Of a DNA stretch of 64,000 nt, positions 46,282-55,606 are shown piece by piece (positions within the stretch are counted from its first letter, which is position 1; every line of letters begins with the position of its first letter). The position numbers and the translations under genes are program-made. A model generated the notes under the pieces. The model had not been told where the DNA came from. It did no database searches and saw only the letters and a list, made by a program, of their open reading frames with translations. The DNA comes from Candidatus Latescibacterota bacterium (GTDB lineage Bacteria; Latescibacterota; UBA2968; UBA8231): positions 3,552,001-3,616,000 of the forward strand of contig OZ242005.1 of assembly GCA_965204725.1 (NCBI GenBank). The letters are read 5' to 3'.

Positions 46282-48252
46282 CTACAGCGAGCGCGTATAG
46301 GTCACCGCAAAGCTGTCGAACGTGCCGCTGCGCTGGTGATTGCGGCTGCCTCGTACGGTGAGCTTGTTGTCGCTGCCGACCGGGTTGTAGTTGAGGTTCG
46401 CCGATAGGGTCCGATGCCTATTGCGGCGGTTGAGGGAGCGCGGCTGGGCGAGCGCAGCGTAGTCGTAATCCCACTGGCGGGCCAGCTTGTAGGTGTAGCT
46501 CGCGCCGGCCGAGTAGTCGGCACTGGGCGAGTAGGTCATGCCGAAGCGGAGGGAGTAGCGGGCGTTTTCCTCTTCGACAATCTGGGCCCCGTTTTCCAAG
46601 ATCAAGGCGCCGTCATCGTCGGCCGAGTACTCGTAGCGGGCGTTGACCGAGAGGTCGTCGTCAATTTTGCGCCGGAGCGCGTGTGACATGCTCCAGCCGC
46701 GGCGGATTTTGCTTTTGCGCGACGACTCGCGGCTGTTGACTTGGCGGTCGAAATCAAAAATAGTGCGCTTGGCGGACACGCTGAACCGATGCGAAAAGGA
46801 CGCCCCCAAGCGCTCGTAATTGGTGCCGATATTGAGCGAGAGGTCGCGGTTGCGCGAGTTGTTCCCGGCGCGGGTGGCGTGCAGGTTCACGCGGTGCAAA
46901 AAGCTGTTTTTGAGATCGACGCGCAGCTTGGCCCCCGAGCGCAGCGTGCCGTTGTAGCTGAGGGTAATGCTGTTGTTAAAGGTGTCGCGGTCCTGATCGG
47001 GCCTCCCCGGGTTTTCCGAGCGTTTGATGTCGCCAAAGGTCGTCAGCCGCAGCGAGTGTGCATCGGATAGGGGCCAGTTAAGCGAGCCGTTGAGAAAGAG
47101 GTTGCGGTCGCTCAGGTCAGAGGTTGGGTCGCGGCACGTTCCGTCCGCCGAGCGCGTGAAGTGGCTGTCGCAGCGGCTGGTATCGAGCACCCGCACCGCC
47201 AGCCGGCGCACGTCGCTGCCCTTGAAGCGCACGTTGGCGGTGAAGATCAGCTTCTCGATTAGCTTGCCCGAAAGGGAGGCGTCCCAGCTAAAGTTCTCGC
47301 TGAGGCGGTCCTTGCCGAAGAAGCGGTTGTTTAAGTCTTGGGCCGCGTTGGCAGTGTTGGTGTGCTCGTTCTGGCTATAAGAGGCGCGGTTTTTGATCTT
47401 GAATCGCCCTAGATCGAACTCCACGTTGGAGGATAGGCTGGTGCCGCGCGTTTCTGATAGCTCGGCGCTGACTACCGTATCGCGCACCGCGGTTTCCCCT
47501 ACTATGTCCTCGCTGATGATGCGGCGCGGGAGGCCGCGCTGCGAGCGATTCTCAGACATGCTCAGACCAACGCGGATGTCGCCGGGGAAGGTATAGCTCA
47601 CGTTGCCGCTCAGTCGGTCGCTGCGATTCTTGTTGTGCTCGAGCGTATCGTCCGTTTTGCTCAGCGAAATCGAGTTGCTCAGTTTTTTGCCGGCAATCTC
47701 GACATCGGGCGAGACCCTCAGCGAAGCATTGTAGCGGATCCCGGTTTCCTTGATGGTGCTGTCGAGGTTGGCGCGGGTAGCGCGGGTGGCCGTGATTAGG
47801 CTCGGGGTTAGGTTCGCACTCAGGCTCTTGAACGGGCCGCTGCTCAATGGCTTGGACCTAAATCCAAAGTTAAAAGACTGGCTGCGCGTCTTCTGCTTTT
47901 GGAGCGTTACGTTGCGCGTACTCATGGTGGCGCCGAGGCTGATGGTGGCCTTTGGACCGAGAATGGGATAGTTGATCGAAGTTCGGCCCGAGGCATTGTC
48001 CTGCCAACTCTTGCCGCCGCTACGATCGTCGAGGGTAAACCCCATGTTCGCCGAGGCGGTAATCGTCAGCTTGGAAGTCGAGTCCCCCACCGCTGAAAAA
48101 CGCACGGGCGTCGAATAGTTCCAGCTAGGCAATCGGTGGTTCCAAGAGGTTCGGCTGCTGGAGCGGCTGAAGTTGAGCGAGTATTGCTGGGCATCGGCCA
48201 CCGCCCAGGCAGCCAAGACGAGCCAACCCACGTGCCACAAGACCGGCTTCAC
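46282..48252 (-). CDS. Large predicted outer-membrane beta-barrel protein of unknown function
   Basis: GTG overlapping the rsmA stop; signal peptide (AVADA-Q); alternating amphipathic strands rich in S/N/R/T; ends FAVTYTRSL. Confidence 0.7.
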   Translation of the reverse strand: MKPVLWHVGWLVLAAWAVADAQQYSLNFSRSSSRTSWNHRLPSWNYSTPVRFSAVGDSTSKLTITASANMGFTLDDRSGGKSWQDNASGRTSINYPILGPKATISLGATMSTRNVTLQKQKTRSQSFNFGFRSKPLSSGPFKSLSANLTPSLITATRATRANLDSTIKETGIRYNASLRVSPDVEIAGKKLSNSISLSKTDDTLEHNKNRSDRLSGNVSYTFPGDIRVGLSMSENRSQRGLPRRIISEDIVGETAVRDTVVSAELSETRGTSLSSNVEFDLGRFKIKNRASYSQNEHTNTANAAQDLNNRFFGKDRLSENFSWDASLSGKLIEKLIFTANVRFKGSDVRRLAVRVLDTSRCDSHFTRSADGTCRDPTSDLSDRNLFLNGSLNWPLSDAHSLRLTTFGDIKRSENPGRPDQDRDTFNNSITLSYNGTLRSGAKLRVDLKNSFLHRVNLHATRAGNNSRNRDLSLNIGTNYERLGASFSHRFSVSAKRTIFDFDRQVNSRESSRKSKIRRGWSMSHALRRKIDDDLSVNARYEYSADDDGALILENGAQIVEEENARYSLRFGMTYSPSADYSAGASYTYKLARQWDYDYAALAQPRSLNRRNRHRTLSANLNYNPVGSDNKLTVRGSRNHQRSGTFDSFAVTYTRSL

Positions 48253-49076
48253 GGCTCTTCCTTTCCCAAGCGTGAGCAGGCGTCGCTCAGCCGGATGAAT
48301 TCTTCTATCGACAACTCCTCCGGGCGGCGCGTTAGGTCGATTCCCGCCTGTTGGGCCACCTCTTTTAGCCAAGGCCGCCCGCCTGCGGGGTTGAGGCCGA
48401 GGAGCGAGTTGCGCAGCATCTTGCGCCGCTGGCCAAAGGCTCGGCGCACCAAGCGGTCAAACCCAGTCACGTCCTGTACTGCGTAGCGGAGCTTGGGGGC
48501 AAAGCGCAACTCAACTACGGACGAATCCACAGCCGGGACCGGTCGGAAGCAGTCGCGGCCCACCTGCAAGCGCAGCTCTGCTTCGGCGCGCAGGGCTACC
48601 AGCACGGACAACAGGCTGTAATCCTTTGATCCGGGACGGGCGACTAAGCGCTGAGCCACTTCGCGTTGGACCATGACGATGGCCCGGCTGATGCAATCGG
48701 CGTGGGCGAGGAGGTGAAAGATCAGCGGAGCAGTGATGTTGTAGGGAAGATTGCCGACCATCAGCAGCCGGCATCCGCCCGCGGCCCGCAAGACCTCCCT
48801 GAGATCGATCTGCAGAATATCTCCTTCAATCAAGTCTAGCTTACTCGTGCTTAGGCGCGTACGTAGCAAGGCCACCAAGTCGCGGTCGATTTCTACGGCC
48901 ACTAGGCGGTCCACAACAGCGAGCAGTGCCTCGGTCAACGCCCCTCGACCTGGGCCGATCTCGACGACCACCTCGCCAGTGGCCGGGCGCACCAGCTCCG
49001 CAATGGCCTCTGTAACCTCCCGGGCGACGAGGAAGTGCTGGGCGAAGCGCGGTCGCGGGCGGCGAGCATCTACCAA
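48249..49076 (-). CDS. rsmA: 16S rRNA dimethyladenosine transferase
   Basis: AQHFL, VEIGPGRGALT, VEID, GNLPYNIT, MVQREVA, F.PVP.VDS, QRRKMLRN. Confidence 0.96.
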   Translation of the reverse strand: MVDARRPRPRFAQHFLVAREVTEAIAELVRPATGEVVVEIGPGRGALTEALLAVVDRLVAVEIDRDLVALLRTRLSTSKLDLIEGDILQIDLREVLRAAGGCRLLMVGNLPYNITAPLIFHLLAHADCISRAIVMVQREVAQRLVARPGSKDYSLLSVLVALRAEAELRLQVGRDCFRPVPAVDSSVVELRFAPKLRYAVQDVTGFDRLVRRAFGQRRKMLRNSLLGLNPAGGRPWLKEVAQQAGIDLTRRPEELSIEEFIRLSDACSRLGKEEP

Positions 49077-50209
49077 CGCCGCACCCTCGCCAAGCTAGGG
49101 TCAGGCGGCGGTTCCAGCGCGGAGCCTCCGCGGCGCAAGCCGCGCCACAGGTCGGTCAGCACTAGCTGCGGACTCGCGTTGTGCCCCAAGGTCGCGGCGG
49201 CGCGGTCCATCTCTAAGGCCGCTTGGGCCGCGTCTATTTTATTGAGCAGGTTTTCTAAATAAGGACGTCGATCTACTTGGATGACCGACTCGGCGCGGCC
49301 GTGTGCCAGCAGGAAGAGATCGCGTAGATACAGGCCGCAGACTTGCAAAAAACGCTCTAGCTGGGCGCGATCGGCCCCCAATTCGTGGAGGACGCTCCAA
49401 TAGACCTCGTCTTGTTGCTCTGAGCCGCCGGTGAGAAACGACTCAACCAACCGTCGCGTTCCGTCAAACTCCCCAGCCGCCACCTCTTTGGCCTGCTGCA
49501 ACGAACCCGCTCCCATGCGCACGGCAAGCTCTAGGCGATCCTCGGCCACGCCCTCCTGTTCGAGCTGCGCCCGCAAGGTCGCGGGATCTAAGGGACTCAA
49601 AATCATGCGCTGACAGCGCGAGAGCACGGTGGGCAAAAGGCGCTCCGGCGCCGCCGAAACCAGCGCGACGACCGCCCGGGCTGGCGGCTCTTCCAAGAGC
49701 TTGAGCAGCGAATTGGCACCGGCCGGGTGCATCCGCTCGGCGGCGAAGATCAGGCCGACTTTGCGCGGCGATTCGGTCGGCGCAAACGCCAACTCCTTTT
49801 GCAACAGGCGCAGGTAGTCAACCGCGATATTGGCATTGCTGGGCAGCGCGGCACTCGCGCCGCGGACGTACTCTATTGCGAACTCGCGCAAGTCCGCCAG
49901 CGAAGGTTTTTGCTTGCTTCGGCTAGGCGGGCGCGGCAATGCGATGTGGAGGTCGGGGTGCATGAACGAGGCGACTTTGCGGCAGCTCGGGCAGCGGTTG
50001 CAGGCCGCAGGGCCGCTGCCAGTGCATAACAAGGCTTTCGCCCATGTGATCGCAAAGTTCCGTTTGCCGATGCCCTCGGCCCCGCAGATGAGAACCGCAT
50101 GGGGAATGCGGCCCGATTCGAGCCAAGCTGCGGCCACGGCCCCAGCCCGATCGCGACGAGCCAGCTCGCTAAACTCCTCGGAGTGCGGGGTGCCGCTCAT
50201 GCTGTACAA
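49070..50209 (-). CDS. holB: DNA polymerase III delta' subunit
   Basis: PHAVLI.G..GIGK, C..C..C zinc motif, HPDL, ANSLLKLLEEPP, LLPTVLSRCQ. Confidence 0.9.
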   Translation of the reverse strand: MYSMSGTPHSEEFSELARRDRAGAVAAAWLESGRIPHAVLICGAEGIGKRNFAITWAKALLCTGSGPAACNRCPSCRKVASFMHPDLHIALPRPPSRSKQKPSLADLREFAIEYVRGASAALPSNANIAVDYLRLLQKELAFAPTESPRKVGLIFAAERMHPAGANSLLKLLEEPPARAVVALVSAAPERLLPTVLSRCQRMILSPLDPATLRAQLEQEGVAEDRLELAVRMGAGSLQQAKEVAAGEFDGTRRLVESFLTGGSEQQDEVYWSVLHELGADRAQLERFLQVCGLYLRDLFLLAHGRAESVIQVDRRPYLENLLNKIDAAQAALEMDRAAATLGHNASPQLVLTDLWRGLRRGGSALEPPPDPSLARVRRW

Positions 50210-50217
50210 GCCAATCC

Positions 50218-51327
50218 TTATTTCTGCAACAGACTCTCTTGATTGTCCAGAGCAAAAAAGTGGGCTTTGTCTATCTCAACGGCCAATTTTACCGTTTGAT
50301 CAACCTGCGGCATGTGCAGCGGATCGACGCGGGCGACGAAAGCGGTCTTGCCGGTGGTCAGGTTGAGGAAAACTTCGTTGCCCATGGGCTCGACCACTTC
50401 GACTTTGGCCGCGATTTCGACCGTCTCGACGTTGCGGCCAATGGTATCCGGGTCGTGGATGTCTTCCGGGCGGATGCCCAACGTCACTTCCCGACCCAAG
50501 TAGCTGCCTAGCTGTTGGCCGTGGTCGGTGGGCAAGGCGAGCTGCACATTGCCTTCGTCGAAGACCAGACCGCTGCCGTTGGCGGACAGCTTGCCGCGGA
50601 TGAAGTTCATGGAGGGGCTGCCGATAAAGCCGGCGACGAACTGGTTGACGGGTTTGTTGTAGAGATGGAGGGGCTTGTCAATCTGCTGGATTAGGCCATC
50701 GCGCATGACCACGATGCGGTCTCCCATGGTCATGGCCTCGACTTGGTCGTGCGTCACGTACACCATGGTGGCCCCTAGGCGGGTGTGCAACTTACTGATC
50801 TCGGTGCGCATCTGCACCCTTAGCTTGGCGTCGAGGTTGGAGAGCGGTTCGTCAAAGAGGAATACCTTGGGCTTGCGGACGATGGCGCGCCCCACCGCCA
50901 CGCGCTGGCGCTGACCTCCCGAAAGCGCTTTGGGTTTGCGCTCTAGCAGGTCTTGGATGCCGAGTATATCGGCCGCTTCTTGCACCCGCGCCTCAATCTC
51001 GTCTTTGGGATATTTCCGCAGTTTGAGCCCAAAGGCCATGTTTTGATAGACGTTCATGTGAGGATAGAGCGCGTAGTTCTGGAAGACCATGGCGATGTCG
51101 CGGTCCTTGGGGGGGACATCGTTGACGATCGTCCCATCTATTGAAATCTCGCCGCCGGTGATTTCCTCGAGCCCGGCAATCATCCGCAGCGTCGTGGACT
51201 TGCCACAGCCCGAAGGGCCGACTAGTACCACGAATTCTTGGTCCTTGATCTCGATATTGGCGTTTTCTACCGCCACTACGTCTTTGTCGTACACCTTGCG
51301 GATATTCTTCAGAATTACTTCAGCCAT
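50218..51327 (-). CDS. MalK/UgpC/MsmX-type sugar ABC ATPase (orphan)
   Basis: [40 protein letters not shown]-terminal TOBE domain. Confidence 0.95.
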   Translation of the reverse strand: MAEVILKNIRKVYDKDVVAVENANIEIKDQEFVVLVGPSGCGKSTTLRMIAGLEEITGGEISIDGTIVNDVPPKDRDIAMVFQNYALYPHMNVYQNMAFGLKLRKYPKDEIEARVQEAADILGIQDLLERKPKALSGGQRQRVAVGRAIVRKPKVFLFDEPLSNLDAKLRVQMRTEISKLHTRLGATMVYVTHDQVEAMTMGDRIVVMRDGLIQQIDKPLHLYNKPVNQFVAGFIGSPSMNFIRGKLSANGSGLVFDEGNVQLALPTDHGQQLGSYLGREVTLGIRPEDIHDPDTIGRNVETVEIAAKVEVVEPMGNEVFLNLTTGKTAFVARVDPLHMPQVDQTVKLAVEIDKAHFFALDNQESLLQK

Positions 51328-51396
51328 CGCGTCCCTCTTCTGCTGTTATGAGCTTTGGCGGTTATTTGTCGAGGAGGAGTTAGTATAATAAATAAA

Positions 51397-51852
51397 TTAC
51401 AAAATCTCTATGTTGCGTTCCATTAGAACGGCGTCGTCCGGGGGGGCTTTGTAGTACGCCGCCCGCCGCCCTACGACCCGGAACCCCGCCTTGCGGTAGA
51501 GCGCCCGTGCGGCCCGATTTGCCGCACGCACTTCAAGCACACAACAGCGAGCACCCTGCGCTGCGGCCAAGCGCAATATCCGCTCCAACAACTGCCCGGC
51601 TCGGCCCCGCTTCCGACATGCCGGATCCACCGCGAGGTTGGCGAGGTGAAAATTGCGGCCGGCAAAATAACCGAGCGCGTAGCCGATGAGTTCGCCGCGG
51701 TGCAAAAGCCCCAAACACAGGGCCTCTCTATCTGCCAGTAAATAGCAAAAATCAGCCTCGCTCCACGGATTGGCAAAAGAGCATTGCTCAATCTCCATCA
51801 AGCGCGGTAGGTGGATTGGCTCTAGCGGAACGAAGCTCCTCTCGCCGCTCAT
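51397..51852 (-). CDS. rimI: Ribosomal-protein-alanine N-acetyltransferase
   Basis: IE...F..PWS, NLAVDP..R.RG, LEVR..N..A..LY...GF, YY...DDAVLM; next to tsaB. Confidence 0.9.
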   Translation of the reverse strand: MSGERSFVPLEPIHLPRLMEIEQCSFANPWSEADFCYLLADREALCLGLLHRGELIGYALGYFAGRNFHLANLAVDPACRKRGRAGQLLERILRLAAAQGARCCVLEVRAANRAARALYRKAGFRVVGRRAAYYKAPPDDAVLMERNIEIL

Positions 51853-52547
51853 GCCCGCGCTAGGGGACGAGCATCGGGCGAGCGCAAGTACTCGGGTTCT
51901 ACTGAACCCAAGTCCGCAGTCTGGCTCTTTTTTAGCTTGGACAGGGCCAGCCAGCCAATCGCGCCGGCGTCGGGGCGGGCGCAGGGCAGGGGAGCAAATT
52001 GGGCGGCCGAGTTGGCGGCCAATAGCTCGCGATAGGCCGTGGCGCCGTCGCCGGTGTAAAGCGTCGCCGCGTTGGCTCGCTCTCGGGCCAACTGCGCTGG
52101 AGCGATGGCCCGGGGCGGCGCTAATTTGACCGGAACGCCCGTGGCCGTGTCGTAGAGGGCGGCATAGACTTCGCGCCGACGGGCGTCAAGGACCGCACAG
52201 ACGGGCAGGCGAGCAAAGGGCAGGCGAGCAGCGAGGGCTTCGAGCGTTGAGACGGTCACTAGATCCTTGGCCGCGGCTAAACACAAGCCCTTCGCGGCAC
52301 TCAGGCCGATCCGCAGCCCGGTAAACGACCCCGGCCCAATCGCGACCGCTACGGCCCGTACTGCCCCGACCTCCATGCCTGCGGCCTCTAGCGCTGATTC
52401 CATCTCGCTGAACAGTCGCTGTGAATGTTGCAATCCCACATCGAAATAGCGGCTGACGACGATCCCTTCTGCTGTGCAGAGTGCCACGCTGCCGACCTCG
52501 GTCGCCGTGTCCAACGCCAGAATCGCGTCGCGGCCGGGCGCGCTCAT
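51849..52547 (-). CDS. tsaB: tRNA threonylcarbamoyladenosine biosynthesis protein TsaB
   Basis: ILALDTAT, HS..L, GPGSFTGLRIG, DARRREVY, EPEYLR. Confidence 0.96.
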   Translation of the reverse strand: MSAPGRDAILALDTATEVGSVALCTAEGIVVSRYFDVGLQHSQRLFSEMESALEAAGMEVGAVRAVAVAIGPGSFTGLRIGLSAAKGLCLAAAKDLVTVSTLEALAARLPFARLPVCAVLDARRREVYAALYDTATGVPVKLAPPRAIAPAQLARERANAATLYTGDGATAYRELLAANSAAQFAPLPCARPDAGAIGWLALSKLKKSQTADLGSVEPEYLRSPDARPLARA

Positions 52548-53569
52548 AAAAGCCCCAACTGCTCGCCGGCGCTCGGCGGTGGCTTGAGGCCGAGGCGATC
52601 CCACGCGCGCGGCATGGCCATGCGGCCCTTGGGGGTGCGCTTAATAAACCCTTCCTTGATCAAATAAGGCTCGACCACTTCCTCGATGGTCTCGGCTTCC
52701 TCGCCGATTGTGGCCGCCAGATTGCTCAGGCCGACCGGGCCGCCGCTGAATTTTTCAACAACGGCCCGCAGCAACGTGATATCCATTTTGTCGAGCCCCA
52801 TCTCGTCAACATCTTGGATGACGAGTGCCTTTTGCACCACCTCGGCATCGATCTCGCTTTCTCCTTTCACTTGGGCAAAATCGCGCGCTCGGCGCAGCCA
52901 GCGCTTGGCAATCCGCGCCGTACCGCGAGAGCGGCGGGCAATTTCCATCGCGCCCGACTCTGAGACCGATAAATTCAGCAGCCGAGCGTCGCGCTTGACA
53001 ATCGCGGCGAGTTCGGCGACCGAGTAGTAGTCGAGGTGGGCATTAAGCCCAAAGCGCGCCCGCATTGGCGAAGTCAATAGGCCCTGGCGCGTCGTGGCCC
53101 CGATCAGGGTAAAAGGCTCCAGTGGTACGGTGACCGAGCGGGCGGCCGGGCCTTGGTCGATGATGATGTCAATTTTGAAGTCTTCCATCGCCGAGTACAG
53201 GTATTCCTCAACCACGCGGTTGACGCGGTGAACCTCGTCGATGAAGAGCACATCGCGTGGCTCTAGGGTCGTGAGCATGCCTGCCAAGTCGCTCGGACGC
53301 TCGAGTAACGGCCCTGAAGTGGGATAGATTTCAACGCCTAGCTCTTTGGCAACCACGTAAGAAAGCGTCGTCTTGCCCAGACCGGGCGGACCGTATAGCA
53401 GCACGTGATCCATGGCTTCGCCGCGCTGCCGAGCGGCTTCAATGGCAATGCCTAGCTGCTGCTTGGTTTTGTCTTGACCCAGCATCTCGGCCAGAGACTG
53501 AGGACGCAGCGTATGGTCGAACTGCAGGTCGTCGTCTCCGCCACTAGGATCTACGGGGCGATGGTCCAT
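52544..53569 (-). CDS. ruvB: Holliday junction helicase RuvB
   Basis: LRP, GPPGLGKTTL, FIDEVHR, LYSAMEDF, GATTR, SGGPVGL, EPYL. Confidence 0.98.
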   Translation of the reverse strand: MDHRPVDPSGGDDDLQFDHTLRPQSLAEMLGQDKTKQQLGIAIEAARQRGEAMDHVLLYGPPGLGKTTLSYVVAKELGVEIYPTSGPLLERPSDLAGMLTTLEPRDVLFIDEVHRVNRVVEEYLYSAMEDFKIDIIIDQGPAARSVTVPLEPFTLIGATTRQGLLTSPMRARFGLNAHLDYYSVAELAAIVKRDARLLNLSVSESGAMEIARRSRGTARIAKRWLRRARDFAQVKGESEIDAEVVQKALVIQDVDEMGLDKMDITLLRAVVEKFSGGPVGLSNLAATIGEEAETIEEVVEPYLIKEGFIKRTPKGRMAMPRAWDRLGLKPPPSAGEQLGLL

Positions 53570-53579
53570 AGCCGAGCTT

Positions 53580-54170
53580 TCAGCGCTCCCTGAGTGCCAG
53601 TCTGATTAGCTGCTCCACGCTCAGGTCGGTGCCGTGCTTTTCGACGGCCTTGTGCACCGCTTGGCGAGCAGCAGGTGCTGCGTACCCCAACGCCATTAGT
53701 GCCCTTGCCGCCTCCTCGCTCGCGTCAAGTTTGGCCTCCGAGGCCGCTTCGCCGGCCGCCGGGACACTCACGCGGATCTTGTCCTTTAGATCGAGCACCA
53801 AGCGTTCCGCCGTCTTGCGACCAATGCCCTTGATCGCCGTCAATTCGGCTACGCGCTCCTGTAAGATGGCCTCCTGCAAACCGCGCAGGGTCATGCCCGA
53901 CAGCACGGTCAACGCCGAATGAGGGCCGATGCCCGAAACGCCGATCAGCAACTCGAAGGTCGCCCGCTCTTCCTCATCGGCAAAGCCGAAAAGTTCCATG
54001 CGGTCTTCGCGCACGTAGAGATAAGTAGATAAATGGACCGCCTCAGAGGCTGGGGGTAGTTGGTCGGAAGTTGTCAGGGATATGGCCAAGCCATAACCCA
54101 CGCCCCCGACATCGATGACGGCATGGGTAGGAGATTTAGACCGGAGTGTTCCGCGCAGATGGGTTATCAC
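53580..54170 (-). CDS. ruvA: Holliday junction protein RuvA
   Basis: MITHLRG, DVGGVGY, VRED..LFGF, VSGIGP, GIGRKTAER, ALMALGY. Confidence 0.97.
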   Translation of the reverse strand: MITHLRGTLRSKSPTHAVIDVGGVGYGLAISLTTSDQLPPASEAVHLSTYLYVREDRMELFGFADEEERATFELLIGVSGIGPHSALTVLSGMTLRGLQEAILQERVAELTAIKGIGRKTAERLVLDLKDKIRVSVPAAGEAASEAKLDASEEAARALMALGYAAPAARQAVHKAVEKHGTDLSVEQLIRLALRER

Positions 54171-54178
54171 GGAGATAC

Positions 54179-54718
54179 CTAACGCCGGACCATGCGGCTG
54201 AGCAAGGCTTCTACCTCGGGTTTGCGCTGCCCTCGGCTCTCGCGTAAGACCCGACCGGACTGCTGGGTGTGGCATAGCGCGATAGCCAAGGCGTCTGACG
54301 CATCGAAGGGCTTGGGCCGTTCTTTCAGACCCAAGGTGCGGGCTACCATGAACTGGACCTGTTGCTTGGTCGCTTGGCCATTCCCGGTCACCGATCTTTT
54401 AACCATCGTCGGCGCATAGTGGGCAATGGGCAAGCCGGCTTTGCGCATGGCGATGATCAGGCCCCCTCTCGCTTGGCCCAGCTTGGCCACCGCTTTGGCG
54501 TCCTTGCCGAAGAACGTGGTTTCGAGTGCCCCCTCGTCTGGGGCGTATTCGCCGATGAGCCGCGTCATCTCGTCAAACATGTAAACCAGCCGATCCTCAA
54601 ACTCACCTTCCCGAGGGCGGATACAGCCACAGGCAACATAGCGGGCCTTGCGCTTGCTATATTCGACGAAGCCGTAGCCAGTGCTCGTGCTGCTAGGATC
54701 TACGCCAAGAACGAGCAA
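54179..54718 (-). CDS. ruvC: Holliday junction resolvase RuvC
   Basis: VLGVDP, LGQARG, VTGNG.A.K.QV, DASDALAIALCH. Confidence 0.97.
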   Translation of the reverse strand: MLVLGVDPSSTSTGYGFVEYSKRKARYVACGCIRPREGEFEDRLVYMFDEMTRLIGEYAPDEGALETTFFGKDAKAVAKLGQARGGLIIAMRKAGLPIAHYAPTMVKRSVTGNGQATKQQVQFMVARTLGLKERPKPFDASDALAIALCHTQQSGRVLRESRGQRKPEVEALLSRMVRR

Positions 54719-54730
54719 AGCGAAGCCCCC

Positions 54731-55489
54731 CTAGGCCTGAGCTATAAGTTTTTCGAGCTCGTCTTCTTGGAGATCGAAATTGGAAAAAACCTTCTGTACG
54801 TCGTCTATATCCTCCAATGCCTCGATGAGGCGGATGATTTTCTCGGCCTCTTCGCCTCGTACTTCGAGCACATTTTCGCTTTTGGGCGTCCAAGCCAATG
54901 TCGCCCGGGCAAAGGCAATGCCGTGGTCCTCCAGTGCCTTTTTAACCGGCTCCAAGTCGGCAACCGGGGTCATTACTTCGTGGACTTGGTCTCCGTCCAG
55001 AATGTCCTCGCCCCCCGCATCTACGACCGCCAATAGGAGGTCGTCTTCGGAAACATCGGCCTTGTCCACTTCGATAAGGCCCTTGTGTTCAAACATCCAA
55101 GCTACCGCTCCGCTCTCTGCGAGATTGCCGTTGTACTTAGTGAATACGTGGCGGATTTCGGAAACCGTGCGGTTGCGGTTGTCCGATAGGGTTTCGACTA
55201 TGATGGCCACCCCACCGGGGCCATAGCCTTCAAAGAGCCCTTCCTCGTATATCACCCCCGGCTCGTCGCCGGTACCGCGGCGTATGGCGCGCTCAATTGT
55301 TGCCGCGGGCATATTGGCCGCTTTGGCATTCTGGACTGCCGTGCGGAGGCTCGGGTTGGTCGCCTCGTCGCCTCCGCTACGGGCAGCCACGGAAAGCTCG
55401 CGGATCAACTTCGTAAAAATCTTGCCGCGCTTGGCGTCGTTAGCACCTTTTTTGCGCTTGATCGTACTCCATTTGGAGTGGCCGGACAT
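54731..55489 (-). CDS. yebC: YebC/PmpR family protein
   Basis: MSGHSKWSTIKRKKG, YEEG...EGYGPGG, DNRNRT, DDVQKVFSN. Confidence 0.97.
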   Translation of the reverse strand: MSGHSKWSTIKRKKGANDAKRGKIFTKLIRELSVAARSGGDEATNPSLRTAVQNAKAANMPAATIERAIRRGTGDEPGVIYEEGLFEGYGPGGVAIIVETLSDNRNRTVSEIRHVFTKYNGNLAESGAVAWMFEHKGLIEVDKADVSEDDLLLAVVDAGGEDILDGDQVHEVMTPVADLEPVKKALEDHGIAFARATLAWTPKSENVLEVRGEEAEKIIRLIEALEDIDDVQKVFSNFDLQEDELEKLIAQA

Positions 55490-55606
55490 CGGCTTTATCC
55501 CTTTTCTTATGACGATATTAAGATAAAAAAACCCACGCAATCCAAAAAGCAAAGGGCCGCCGACCGCTTGGCCGACCGCCCTTCACAACGAGTAAAAGCA
55601 AGTCGC

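Noticed and set aside
50218-51327. MalK-type ATPase as the missing energiser of the Dpp permeases
   Set aside because: It has CUT1 sugar-family signatures and a TOBE domain; orphan shared sugar ATPases (MsmX/MsiK type) are well known.
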